Under the pieces are notes generated by a model. It saw only the letters and a program-made list of their open reading frames with translations. It was not told the DNA's origin and made no database searches. Below, piece by piece: positions 37,967 to 51,479 of a stretch of DNA of 64,000 bases (position 1 is its first letter; each line of letters opens with the position of its first letter). This DNA is from Vicugna vicugna (taxonomy: Eukaryota): assembly GCA_013265495.1 (NCBI GenBank), contig MU058221.1:3970001-4034000 (forward strand), read 5' to 3'. Made by a program: the position numbers and the translations under genes.

Positions 37967-39039
37967 ACAAAAGTTCTGATATAGAAAATAATTGCATGTA
38001 GTTCCTATTTTGTTGGATTCTCCCCCAAATATGAAATGCTTGCAACTGTTTATTTAACACGTGCCAAGAGATAAAAACAGAGGAAGAAACAGATTAACAG
38101 GAGCTTCTGGGGAATAGACAGGGATTTGAATAATCGCTATTTGTAAGTCAAAGTTTGACAATTCCCGAACTAAAAGTCATTCCTTCTGGAGACGTAATCT
38201 ATAATTCAAAATTATAATTAGTAAAGTTTCAAAGATTATACTTTATGATGAAATCCTTTAAAACAACAACATACTGAGAAAAAAGTGACTAGTGGGTCAT
38301 ATATGCAATTATTTGCCGTGCTTTTATTTGGCTGAACAGCATGCTGTGAACCATATTGGTAAACAAGTGTACAAAATAAATAGGCCTTCTCTTTGCAGAT
38401 TGGCTTTGCATGTCAAAAATTTAATGTTGAGAGCTAAATTTAATATATTCCTTCAAACCTTTCAAAAGCAAAAAACACATTTGAAAAACTTACCTAAATG
38501 TTCCTAGCATTTTTATAGCTCCAGCAGCTTCTGCTCCATTTAAGCAGATCTCTGCTGTGATTTTTCTGTGTTCACCTGTTCCAATTTGGGGTTGGTGGTT
38601 CTTTGAAAGGTTCAAGAAAAGTCATTAGTGTTTGACAAAAGTCACTTTTTTATTGTAAAGATGAGATTATCAACTTCTGAGCTCTTTACTTGTCAAAGCT
38701 AAAGCCAGCGTCTTCACAAATGCTTCTTCTTATTGCTGTTTTCCCTGTGTTGAAGCAACTAATTCACATTGTCATCTCAGCATCTGTACCTAAAGACTTG
38801 CTTGCAGATACAACAATCCTCTGTCTCTACTCTGGATATCCTTTCTGGGGGGGAAAAAAAAAGGAGAGAAAGTCCACAAGAGATTGTGTGCCAACAGCAG
38901 TTCCAAACTTTACTGATCCTACTCTCTACAATAAGAGACTGTTCCCCCAAAGTTTGCCTAAGCCACATTGCCCTCCGAGCAACACTTTTTACCACTTGCT
39001 TTCCAATAATATCCTATACAATAACAATTCCTTAGACTT

Positions 39040-39410
39040 TCTGTGAATGTTAACGATTCCTCTTCTCTGATCATGGCTGCTCAACACAGCATGACCAACC
39101 TTCTTTTTTTCTATCAAAATCCTTCTAAATGCTCTGTCCTCTCATCGTCTCATCATAGTCAAAACCTTTTTCCCCCACTTCCATAGGACCTGCACTTCAT
39201 GTTGCCTCCTAGTGCAAATACATGTGTATCCTCTCATCCTATGTGGCTTGAGATCTGGACCTACCATATTGTTTAGACGAGTGTTGGGGGAAGCTTGTTG
39301 AATAAAAAAATGAAGACATGACCAACACAACAGATGAATAAAGAAAGAAAACAATGAATAAAGAAATAGTGGATAAACACCTCAGAAACTTAAATAATTC
39401 AGAATGGATG
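39040..39410 (+). mobile_element. L2 3' end with tgaa-type tail
   Basis: gcttgttgaataaa..gatgaataaagaa..aatgaataaag tail. Confidence 0.45.
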
Positions 39411-39627
39411 GGGGCGTGGAGCTCCAACCAGGGTGAAGTCCTTCTTCTTGTCCCTAAGGGTATGACCCACTCTTCACAGGACTGCTGCCATTTAATGTTT
39501 CTTTATCCCAAGATACATAGATACAGGCGGATTTTGGTCTGAAGCCTGATTTTTCTCTTAGGGCACTTTGAATTTATTTTATCTTAAAAATTTAAAAAAA
39601 AAACCACTATTTTGAAGCAATAGATAC

Positions 39628-39960
39628 TGTATTCGTTAGTCTATGCCAGAGTAACACTCCCCAAATCTGAGTGTCTTACAAGAACCAAGGTCTGTTACTT
39701 TTCCCCAGCACGCGCCTATTCTGTGCTACCTGGAAATGATGCTCTCACATGAGCATCCTCCCTCTGGGAGCGCTGACGGGCAGAGCACCCGGTAGCTGGA
39801 ACCTGGTGGTGACTACAGCACAGGAACAAAGATATGGAGAAGCACAGACTACCTCTTAAAGGTTCCCGTCTAACGGCACAAATATCCCTTCTGCTCAGCC
39901 TTAAACTCAGGCAAGAAATGTCACATGGGTACCGACTCCAGTGAAGTAAGAAAGGGAATC
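39628..39960 (-). mobile_element. MLT1J/L-type MaLR LTR
   Basis: tatgccagagtaacactccccaaatctgagtgtcttacaagaaccaagg; ctcttaaaggttcc; cttctgctca..gcaagaaatgtcacatgg. Confidence 0.7.
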
Positions 39961-41789
39961 AGATAGTCTCAAAAACTAACATAGGTACATAATTTTTTTA
40001 AAAAATCACTCATGCCTTTTAGAATAGAAAGTAAGCCAAATGAGTGATTTCAAGTTGCTGTTTCTACATCAAGAGCAAATAAATGTAAATGCCTGTATTA
40101 AAAAGACACAGCGCCTGGTGCTCAGATGGAATCCGGCCAGTCCTTTTTAATAGCAGAGAAATGCCAACAATGGCAGGTTTGCAAAATGGTTGACGCTTTG
40201 GAGCGTTATATTCAAATTATATAAATGATAGTTTCTGATTTAAAAAAAGGCCCTGATTGCTATTAGGATAAGGAATGGAATATAGAAAAATAAGGTTTTG
40301 CAGCCTTTCGTGGGTTACCCTGTGCAGTGCCAAATCGATGTAGATGGGGGCAGTCCATTTGCTTTTATATCTGATTGGTCATAACAATGAACCTGACTTA
40401 AAATACAGAACTGTTTATATGTTCCTATAAGATGGCAAAACAGATACTTTATAACGGCTGGATATCTTAATCATTGGACTTAAGGGATTTTATGGTATTG
40501 ATTAAAGATCTTCTTAAATTGGTTACTCAAGAAAAATACCTATTGAAGAAATGAGAGACCATATTTGAAGACATGAATGTTGAGACCCATTCTGCTTATC
40601 AAGATGATCTGAATTGCTACCTTATTGCCTTATCTCTAGTATTTTCTTGCTCTTATTTCTTTCCCACTTACCCTTACATAGAACACGGGAGAATTTAGTA
40701 CAGATCATACTTGTTCTTACAGATTCAGTTTCCTGCCAACCATATCCTCCCTACCAGCTACTCAGAGCTCTCCAATTCAGTTCTCATTGCGTCTCAGCAC
40801 CATTGCCTCTAAGACAAATAGCAGAGTTGATGACCCCCGCAGAACACTGTTAGGTATTCTTTTTTAGCCCATGTAACCAAAACCATGTCCCCTGTAAGCC
40901 CATCAGGCTTCTTGGAATGTCTATCACCGGTCTTCTTTAGATTAAGAAATGTAAGCATTCCCTGAGTCTTTTTACAATTTTCAAAATGCAAAGACATCAT
41001 GTGCTCCTACATGGCTTTTTCAAGACCCACAGACTCCTTACCATAAAAGAGGATTTTATATTTATTTCATTTTCCCTTAGGAAAAGGAACCAGGATTCAT
41101 TCCTGCCAACAGGACAAGAGTGATAATAAATATCTTGAATGTTTAAAAGTTTTGACCAATTGGTACCTAGTTCTTGGGATGAAACAAAAGTTGGGTCATG
41201 TGTGCCCCTCCACACTGCTTGAGTGCAGAAACTTCCCTAAATTATCTTTATATTCCTCAGTGCTTGTCACAAAACAAGCCTTCAATAAATGTTTGCCTAA
41301 GTTAGCTGTTTTATCTTTAGATACTCAACTTCTTCATATGTGAGCATACTCTGTTCTCATAGACAAAATCTTAAAACTTCTTTCATGTTATTCTTATAAG
41401 AGGGGATGGAAAACCAAGTGAAAAGATAATGGAATAAATAGATGTTGCACTGAAATGACCAACTGTAGCTGGGCAACAAATCTTTGGAAGACAAATCTCC
41501 AACGTTGTGTTATGCAGATTCACAGACTAGACCGTTAGAGGAATCTCAGTCTTTTTTTCATAGTAGAAAAATGTCAAATCAAAACAATATTCCAGATACA
41601 TGGTAAAGGCTTTGTATAAACATGTCTATTAATGGAAGCTGACAAGCGCATAAGACTAATGAACTAAATATGCGTGCATTGGAAACGAATGCCTTTTTCT
41701 CCAAATAATTCATGTATTTAAATAATCCTTTTTCCAGTGTTAAAAATAGAGCACCCCTTGCATTAAAAGGTAGATTTTATTTTTATTCA

Positions 41790-42219
41790 GGCAGGGGGAG
41801 GTCAGCAGATCAAGACAGGATTGCTGTTAAAAAGATTGCTTATTACTCACAGTTCCGCCAAGGAGAGGGGCCCACCTGGATAGGCAGTCACAGAAGAGAA
41901 CACTTAGGCAGCTCAAAGGCAGAGGAGCTCAGAGCCATCACCATGGTTTTCCAAGGCAGGCTAAGCAGGCTTAAGACTGGTTAGTCTACCCCTAGTTGTC
42001 TGATGCACAGCCCAAGGTGGTTTGGACGTGGTAATACTGATGCGGAATGTAAGCGTCCAGTAAAGCAGGCAGGCTGGTATGGGAAATGGACTCTTGAATG
42101 GGTAAGCTTGCTTACAAAAGGCTCATTTTCATGATGCCTGGGGAGGCAGTCCCTCTTTGGTCAGCAAGATCCCATATTTCAAACATCAGACCCAGAAACT
42201 AGACGATGTGGTTAACATA
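41790..42219 (-). mobile_element. MER74-type ERVL LTR
   Basis: aaaagattgcttattactcacagttcc; taagcaggcttaagactggttag; ccctagttgtctg; ggcagtccctc..gtcagcaag. Confidence 0.75.
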
Positions 42220-42269
42220 CTTTTGCAAACATGAATAGGACCCTTATCAAGTTTTATTTGCTGTAGTTT

Positions 42270-42905
42270 TGACACAGGAGAATGAGGCTCAGGAGGATGG
42301 CTGTGTTCCAGGTCTGAGTCCTGGGAGACGTGTCCTGCCAAGTGAGGGTGATTGGCTTCATGCAGGAAAGAATTCAGGAGCGAGCCATAGGTGAGCAAAT
42401 GGAGATTTGTTCAGAGAGACGCTCATTGCACAGACAGAGTGCAGGCCGTCTCAGAAGGCAAGAGAAGGGCCACAAGGCGTGGGGTTGGGTGCTCAGTTTA
42501 AAGTAGAAGTAGGTGCACACTCCATAGTCTGTCTCACTCAGAAGGGAGAATAGCCACAAGGGGTGGGGCTGTTGGCTTTTATGGGCTCGGTAACTCCGTA
42601 TGCTAACAAGTGGGAGGGTTGTTCCAACTACTTTGGGGAAGGGGCTGGGATGCCCAGGAGTTGGGCCACCCACTTTTTGACCTTTTCGGTCAGTCTCAGA
42701 GCTGTCATGGCGCCTATGGGAGTGTCGTTTACCACGCTAATATATTACAATGAGCGTGTAATGAAGCTCAAGGTCTACCGGAAGTCAAGTGTCCTGCCAT
42801 CTTGGGCCTCAAGGTTTGCTGGGAGTTGAATCTTCTACCGTCCTGGTGACAACTGCTGTGTCATTCTTTTAAAGGCCGTGCCCGAACCCCTTCCTTCCTG
42901 TCTCG
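42270..42905 (-). mobile_element. ERV1 solo LTR (artiodactyl LTR39/LTR6-like)
   Basis: tgacacagg start, tcctgtctc(g) end, 4-bp TSD gttt/gtat; caggaaagaattcaggagcgagcc motif; internal tandem repeat. Confidence 0.8.
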
Positions 42906-44297
42906 GTATTGCAAGAGGGAATCAGTAAGATGGTAAAGCTGATTCTAAGAATGTTTTAAGAGCAAAGTTTATGTAACCCTTCAGAGAATGCATTAAAAAC
43001 AACAACAACAAAAATATGAGAATGGCAATACTAAGTTAGATATAAAGTTGGCCAATGTTCTAAAAGCAATAAAACAAAATTTTTGGAATCATTTATTCTA
43101 CACGGAAGAAATCTACAAGATACTCTATAACTTTATATTGACAAATCAGAGACTAAATAGTGAAGTCAAACTTAATTACATTTTTCTAGATAATTAAAAT
43201 ATTCTTAGATAATCCTTAAAAAAAAATCAAAGTTTGACCTGAAGGTCACCAAACTTTTACACTTTTCTAATTTTGGATAAGTTTTCTTAACATTCCATTT
43301 ATTTTATCAGCATGCTTAAGTAGTTTTGAGGGTCCAAGGAGAGAAATTTTACAGTCTTTATTGATTCATTCATATTTCTTCCAAGTTTATCACTACATTC
43401 TCTTTCTCTTGTGTATTGTTTTCAAACCTGGCTCTTGCCCTTTTTCTCTGCTATTTAAAAAATGTTAGGATTTCTTTGGACTGAGCTTGTTACCTACCAT
43501 CGCGGCAGATGGAGCCAGAGTGTAATTTGTGCTTATCAAGGTACCTACGCTGTCTGGAAGTTGTTCATCACATGGATCACAGATAACACACTGGGAAATC
43601 TATGAAGGAAATGATACTTCACGCTTGGTGTCTGTTATCTCTGGTTCTCATGGATATGACCCCCTCTGTCGCCTACTTCCTCTTTGGTCACCCTTTGTGG
43701 CCTTTGCTGTTTTAAGAAAAGAGAGGTTCCCCTTCCTATGACTTGCTGAACTGTATTTGTTCACAGCCACGTCATGCTCATTTGTCACTTGGGCAGCTGT
43801 CTGCGTGAAAGCAAAACTTTAAATTTGGATGGGGAGGGTTGGATTTGGTGATTGCTATAGCCTTCATTTAAGTCTTAGGAATCCTCATTGGATCAAGAAA
43901 ATAAATAGAGGCAAAACAAAAGGCAAAATAGATGTTTAACAGGCCCCTTTGAGCTTTATTTCCCAAGTAATGCTGTTGCTGCTAAAGGCAGTCAGAAAGC
44001 CCTCAAAGGAAGTGTAGTAAATACATATGAGAAAACTTCTATTTCCCCATAAGGAAATGAGACGTTTTGCTTGTAAACTCAAAGTTATAATACCTCGTGA
44101 TGAACTATTACACAGGTGCAATTCCTTATGCCAGCCAAGTTGTAATTATAGGCAAACAGCTGGGTGCAAACAGCTGACTTGGTTCATTGTTTTCATCCAA
44201 GAGGTGTTTTAAGGAGTAAAGGAGGAAACAACGCTGCTTTCTTTTTCTTTTATCATCTTGCTGTGGCTTTTTTTTTTCCTTTTTATGTCTTTGGTTG

Positions 44298-44429
44298 TGT
44301 TGGGGGAGAGCAGGTTCTTGCCTCGCGTAGGAAAGAATTCAAGAGCAAGTCGTGGTAAAGTGAAAGCGCGTTTATTTGGGGAGAGACACGCTCTCCAACA
44401 AAAGGGTGATCTTCCCCGAGCAAGAAGAG
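44298..44429 (-). mobile_element. ERV1 LTR fragment related to 42270-42905
   Basis: aggaaagaattcaagagcaagtcgtggtaaagtgaaagcgcgtttatt aligns with 42364-42410. Confidence 0.7.
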
Positions 44430-45000
44430 CTTCTGCCGGCAGACAGATCAACCTCTTGTTCTATTCAGGCCTTCGTTTGATTGGATGAAGCTTGCTCCCA
44501 TGATGGAGGGCAATCTACTTTTCTCAAAGTCCATCGATTCAAAACTATCACATGAGATCACTTATATGTGGAATCTTAAAAAAAATGACACAAATGAACT
44601 TATTTACAAAGTGGAAATAGACTCTCAAACATAGAAAACAAATTTACGGTTGCCAAGGGGGAAAGGGACAGAGGTGGAGGGATAAACTGGGAGTCCAGGA
44701 TTTGCAGATACTGACTACTATATATAAAATAGATGAACAGCAAGGTCCTTCTGTATAGCACAGGGAACTATATTCAATACTTTGTAATAGCCTATAATGA
44801 AAAAGAATATGAAAAGGAATATATATATATACATATATATATATATGTATATATATATATGTGTGTGTGTGTGTGTGCAACTTAACCACTATGAAACTAA
44901 CATGGCATTGTAAGCTGACTATATTTCAATAAAAATATTTCTTTTTAATTTCAATCTCATTCAAAAACACCCCTACAGAAACATTCAAAATGTTTGACCA
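44430..45000 (-). mobile_element. MLT2 LTR fragment split by an L1
   Basis: ttctattcaggccttc..gattggatgaag..atggagggcaatctacttttctcaaagtcca | aatctcattcaaaaacacccctacagaaaca..tgtttgacca. Confidence 0.85.
44545..44937 (+). mobile_element. Lineage-specific L1 3' UTR containing a (TA)n(TG)n microsatellite
   Basis: cacttatatgtggaatct..gtatagcacagggaactatattcaatac..cattgtaagctgactatatttcaataaaa. Confidence 0.9.
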
Positions 45001-47209
45001 CCACCTATCTGCTTTTAAACCACAGAATGCAGAATCCCATAATTTACACCAGGAAAGTATAATGATGGAGTAGCAAGTTAATTAAAAACACCACTTTATC
45101 TCTAGATACTCTGCCCACATTGATCCAACACCTTACTGCTTCTTGAACTTAAGCCCACACTTTCTAAAATCACTTTATTGATAACACTGGTTCCTTTCGG
45201 AAAGTTTGCCTCGGAGTTTTTTGAAAAGTGTTTATGCTTACAGCGAAGGTCCCTGACAATCTCCATTTTATTTTCAGTCTCAAGGAGAAAAAATGTGAAA
45301 TCAAACTTCAGGGTAGGGTATGCTTTCCATAAGATAAGATCGGGACATTTAATTTTGCCAGTGCCAACCCAGAGGCCCGGCAGGGTATAAGCTACTTAGC
45401 CTCTTTGAAGAATCTTGTCTTCAATTGTTGTTATTGTCAGCAATCGTACACTTGTAGGAAGTCAATGAAGAGCCTGTCAATTTTATTGACGGGGCCAGTT
45501 CCATCCACTAAAAAGTTACAGACATTTTAATCACACCAAAGAAACCTGCAACTGATCTACCCAGCTTTTTAAAAAATTAATTTTAGTCTTGCTAAACTGT
45601 TTAAGTCACGTGGGAAAATATAACTCTTATTTAGATTTGATTAAAAGAAAATGTGATATCTATCAGTAATTCTCTTAAAATTTGGAATTTAATTATGGTT
45701 GCTTTGAATATATTGTTCTCATTTCGTCCAGCCTTAGGAGTCAGCACACATTTTGCGATCTGGATAATATGCTACATTACGATGTTTGAGACATCACAAA
45801 GGCCAGATCTGTTGATGGAGTACCAACTGGCTTTGTTTCAAGATTCCTAGATGAGAGCAGGTCCTAAGATTACCTATAAATTCCTCTCCTGATTGCAGAA
45901 GATCTGGAACCTTTCTAACCGGCTCAGCTTCTAGTTTGTCAGTCAAGGATAGGTAATACCTTGGTGTGAAATATGAGGACAGAATGGTCATCAACATGTA
46001 ATTTTTGTGTCAAGTGTGTCCTTTTCACTGAATGTCTGAATTATTTTATATTCTAAGTGGAATCAATATTTTGGTAATGGATTACATCACACCTCACCTA
46101 TTATACACCTTCGTTCATCATTCAGAAAGATCACACAATGGACAGAAGCCTTGCCCAACCTGCAGGTGTTCTTAGAAATGGATGGCGAAAGAAGGAAACG
46201 TTTGAAGGCAGATAAAATGTGACAAATCTTCATGCAGATAGTTAAGTAAACCTTTTAAATTCTGCAAAATACCAATATTTCCAATCTACCCCAACTTCAT
46301 ATCTGTCTCTTTCTGAACATCCTGATTGGTTCCACCAGATTACTGTAGGAGAAGATAGATTCTGTGCTCATGACTCATCTCTGTGAGTGCTCCAACAAAT
46401 TAGGTATTCTGCATGTTAGACACCACTTTATATGTCTTTGAAAACAAGAAGTTAATTCTCCTTTCGTATGTAGTCATGACGCACATGTGAACTTGGCAGT
46501 TCTGGATGAAAATGAGCAGATGGTTCCTTCCCCAGTGCTGAAGAACATTTAATAGAAAATAAACAACTTGATACTGTTTTGATCAGAATGTTTGGAGGAG
46601 GATGAGCATGAGATTGGAGGTAGACAGGAAATACTGATATTTTATGGGATTTAAAATTTTTACGTAACTATACTTTAAAAATACTGGGAGTATTTTGTTG
46701 TGGACTATAATTATCACTTCAAAAACACACTTTAATTCGGCTTCTTTAAAAACTGATAGATTTTATATATAGTTGTCAGTATCATGTAAAAAAAAATCAA
46801 TAGCTGATAGCAGAAGACTTAACGATCAAAAAGAAAAGGGGAGAGGGGGTCATTGGAGAAGCCTCTGAATGGAGAAGCTAAAGGTTAAGTAGCTTAAAAA
46901 TATTTCTTACCATCTTCCACAATCACTGTTAATATTTAAAGTACTTTGCAGTGCACTTTATAGATAGTAAGGATGTTATTAGAACAGAACGCAGCCAAAT
47001 CAAAGCTTGCTTCACTGAGCTCAGTTTCTAATCAAGAGGCTAGCAGTACTGGGCCTGGTCTAGCTTGTAATTCCTCATTGAAAAGTTGGGAGAAACCACT
47101 CGATACCATGTGAGCAAATGGAGACACACTGGCAGTCCACGGGGAAAAATTTTTTGAAAGCTATGACTCTACTCGTGCTAACATTTTGTCTAATTTAGTT
47201 GCTGACAAC

Positions 47210-48010
47210 CAGGATCAGCTAAATACTTGTCAGGAGCCAGTGCAAAATGAAAACATGGGCTCTTTGTTCAAAATACAGGGGGAAAAAAAGTTTCATTAAA
47301 AGTCTTAAACTATAATGCATTTTCGTTTGTTCCCCAATCTCTTTTGACTTGTCCTTTTTTAAAAAATTTGCTATTGGATGTCATTCCAAGAAAAGTAAAA
47401 AGGTTTTAATTTGTTGGTGAATTTAACTGTTCTTTACATTGCACAATGTTGGATTTAAATGCACAAAAAGAGCATTTAACGCACATGAGGATTCACCAAA
47501 ACGGTACGATTTGTATTTCGTAAGTTACACTTGTGTGTGGGCTTCTTTCTTTCCAGGACGCTGGAATCTTTGCACAACACTAACTCAGTTGTTTTCACTT
47601 CACTTCTTAACGCACACACGTTCTGCTAACCCTCTGCACATTCAGCCTATTGGGAAGTAAGGCGCAACTGCAAGGAAAAAGGAATACGGACTGCCCTAAC
47701 TTTCCCTGTTCCTTTATGTCATCATTTCCTCTTCCAATGTTTTCCTAATACAGAAAAGTAACATGAATTCAAGAGAAGTTGTGATAGGATTTCTTGATAA
47801 TTTATGCATCTTAGAATGTCTTCCTTCTTTTTGTGTTTGAATGCAGTTCCAGTTTGAATGGAAAGCATGGCCCTTTGGGGCTGTCAGCTCCCCTTACTAA
47901 GGTCTAGACGTAACATGATGATCTTGTGTTTGCTCCGAGTCTTACTGAAATTCCATGCATCCTGGGTCCAGCAGAATTCTGTGCTCACAGAGCATCACAC
48001 AAACACCATT
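47210..48010 (-). mobile_element. MER45B (hAT-Tip100), 3' ~800 bp
   Basis: caggatcagcta..ccagtgcaaaatgaaaacatgggctctttgttcaaaa TIR end; continuous similarity to ..gggtccagcagaattctgtgctca. Confidence 0.85.
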
Positions 48011-50150
48011 GCACTTTGCTTTTTTTCCCTCTCAGTGTTCTGCTTTTGAGATTTATTCTTGTATATATTTATAAGATTGGACTATTAATTTTGAATGCTA
48101 GAATTATGAAATTATATTATATTCATGTGCGATATATACATTATGATATTGATACTCAGTTGATTCTGTTTCTTTACTTTGCTGGTCCTATTAGTGCTTT
48201 AATAAATGGCTTAAGCATGCTTCCCTTTAGACTTTTGTCATGGTTTTTGTAGGTTAAATATATCTAGAAATAGAATTGCAGGATCAGAGTGTAAATATGT
48301 ATTCAATCTAATGCACATTGATAAACTGGTCTTCAAATTGTAACAGTTTATTCTCATGTCAGTAGGACTTGAAAGTTTCCATTTCCACATTCTTAATAGC
48401 AAGTCTGTTTATCAGACTTAATTTTTTGGCCAGTCTAATGATGATCAATGGTAACATGGTTTAATATGCACTTTTCTACTGAGCGAGGATGGACATTTCT
48501 TATATATTTATTGGCCATCTTTTTCTTTGAAGGCCCCTCATGTCAGTTATCCAGTCCCTTCTCAGTTCTTTGCTTTTTATTGGTGATACAGGAATTCTGT
48601 GCATGTTCTGATCGCTAATCCTTTGTCAGCTACAATACCGCATAGATCTCATTCAAGCTTTTGACCTGCCTTTTATCTTTGTTTACACCATTATCCTACG
48701 AAAAGTGTGACTATTGTTAATATACTCAAATTTCCACTCTTTTTTTTTTAAAAATGTTTTATAAAAGTGAGGTTTTCAAAATAAACCCATCTCTACCCTG
48801 ACATCATCTTAGTTCTAGATTTTCTTCTAAAGATTGAATTCAGGATCATTAAACTCTCTGTAAAGAACCAGATTGTTAAAATTTTTAGCATTGCTTGTGA
48901 TGGATAGGTTTGTCTATTAATATTCATTATATTTAATGTGTTGCTTTATTTATGCCTATTAAATAGTTACATTTATTTTTCTTATCCAATGTAAAAGCTC
49001 ATCAGCTTTTCTCAAGTAAAAAGAGTCAACTTAATTGATTTTGATTCCTGAGCTATTTGAACACATTTCTACACTTTTGGTTTGTGTATTCTATTTAAAT
49101 ACTTTTATGTACATCTTTATGTCACCTTCCCTGACTTTTCTGACTTTTCTCTAGTTTGTTAACTCATTTTTCTATTCTTCCCCCTTCATCTTTTATATTT
49201 CTGCGGAGACTGTTAGTATTTTAACAGGCATAGCTTACTAAAACTCTGAATCATCCAGGGATTTTATCCTCCTAGGAAAGAATACATAGGACTTAGAATT
49301 TTTTTTAACATCAACTCTCTTAATATCTTCCACAATGCTGTTCTCTAGTAATTTTATTTTATGATATTTGAATCATCCCCATATAGTCATTAACTTTGTT
49401 ACAGTTAAGTCATTCTGAGATTTACTGAAATGTTAATTAATTTCTTATTTCAGCATCGCTTCCTGGATCCCACTTTTCTTCTATATTCAATAAACTCCCT
49501 ACTGAAATCGAGACACTAATACTTTTTTTTCAACTTGAAACTTGATACTAGAACCCTTAACATTAATTTCTAATTAAAATGTGTCTAGTGAATCCCCGGT
49601 TGAAGTTGTTCTTTATTGGCATCTATTTTGTTGATAACACGTCTGTTACTCATATAATTCCAAGCCTGTGTACATCATCTTCTTTCTCTGCCTTGATAAT
49701 TAGACTTCCCTTTGTCTGTTGCAACATCATTTTCCTATGATCCCCCTGAATATGATTTTTTTCCTCATCTTGAAATGAAATTTTGTGATTCTCCAACACG
49801 ATGACACGTTTTCTTTTACTATTTCTGGTAATCATAACTTTAGCTTTGAGTGTTAACTCTTTCTCCTTTTCCCTTTGATTTATTTTCTCTTCTGGGACTC
49901 CCATTAGAATCCCATGTTATGTGTCTTCTCATAACCTAAACTCCACGTATTTTAACTTCTCTCTCATATTTTGCATCTTTATACAGATCTGAGCAGGATT
50001 TTGTACAATTACCTGAAATCTATATAACCTCTCTTCTGCTACGTTTATTCTATTCTTCCCTCTTATGTTCGATTATTAATGTTCATATTATTTTTCTTCA
50101 TCATACAAATTCAGTTTAGCTCTTTGGATAATCTGCCAGTGTTTTTTTTT
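48010..50150 (-). mobile_element. Old L1ME remnant (ORF1, inter-ORF, ORF2 end, part of 3' UTR), with deletions
   Basis: Minus ORF 49650-49904 begins MGVPEEK (ORF1 IIGVPE motif); atatatttattggccat, tttttggccagtctaatg, tagaaatagaattgcaggatc are ORF2-end motifs. Confidence 0.7.
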
Positions 50151-50606
50151 TCATGATAACTTATAATTAGAATAAAGCCTCAGGCAAGGGAAACCTACAA
50201 CAGTAACAAATCTGAAGTAAATAAAAAGTGCTTGGGTGCCCCTGCCCATCCCCGGCTACAACTCTGGATTCTCTCTCCCTAGGCTGTGTGGTGTCTTTCC
50301 ACTTGTAGAGCTACCATGGGCAACTATATGGAACTCCACCCAGACCCCTCCCGTACATGAAGGAGCCCTGGGTTCTGAGAGAGGCAGAGGGGTATGGGGA
50401 ACTGGAGAGTCACTGGAATCACTATAGCAATCAGAATTTCTAGAATATAATGCTTGTTTGGCCACTATGTTGATATCCACATTGGACTAGGCAATTTGAT
50501 GGGCCTCTTCTGTCTTTATAATTCTGTACCTGGAAAGCATTATTTCATAGCTCAAGTTCTGTCAAAATTCACTTTTCCCATGCTCTCATTCTCTCAAGAT
50601 GATTAG

Positions 50607-50805
50607 CAGGTCCAGCTTCATGGCTGTGGACAAATAAAAGCCCCAGATTGGTTTAACGTTACACTGTCATCATCTTGAAATCGTCAATAATTGCAGTCTA
50701 GAGCTTGTGTTTTTTAAGTGCAGTCCAGTGGCACAATGGAGCATGTGCCTAGGACAGAGACAGGTGCCATGCACATGCCTGTCACTCTTTGCCATCTGAT
50801 CATGC
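50607..50805 (+). mobile_element. MER45B 5' ~200 bp, opposite orientation to the 47210 piece
   Basis: caggtccagcttcatgg TIR; ttggtttaacg..catcttgaaatc; cttgtgttttttaagtgcagtcc..acaatggagcatg. Confidence 0.8.
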
Positions 50806-51479
50806 TGGAGGACAGTTTTATTTGTTCAAAATACATTTTTAAAGATGCCTCAACAAAGCAGTTTTTAAACTATAGTAATTAAATTAATTAGTATCCAAAA
50901 CAGTGATTAAACTAATCCAAACATTAACTGGCAACAGAGAAACTGGAAATGGAAGATGTCTTACGCACTTTGAGAAGTGATAGCCCGAGAAAGAGAAAGA
51001 TGATTCCAATACGGTAAAGCACTGTCTGCATTTATTCTCATGTTCCATCAGCAACATTTCCACATTAGTACTATCAGATGCACAAAAGAAAAGTGTTCGA
51101 ATGAGAAAAGCACTAAAAATTTTCACTTGTTAAAAAAAATTTACGTGCTGAAGTCTATCAAGAGATACCTTATGAAATGAAGCCTCTCCGTGCTGTATAA
51201 TGATTAAAACTGTTCAGTGGTGTTACCTGCACAGGCATATTGATGTGTGGGGCTATAAGCCAAACTTGATGGCTTGAGGACATACCCTGTTTTTGTGGAA
51301 TGCCTTCAGTGCCAGAAATTTAATTAAATATCAGAAAAAGAGTGGAACTGAGTTCCTCAATTTAAATGTTGGCATATTATGAGGATATTCAGTGTTGGAA
51401 GATCACATATATATTGTCTACAAAATTCTGGGGATGTGAAAATATGAAGAAAACACATGAATTCTCCTTAAGGATCATT

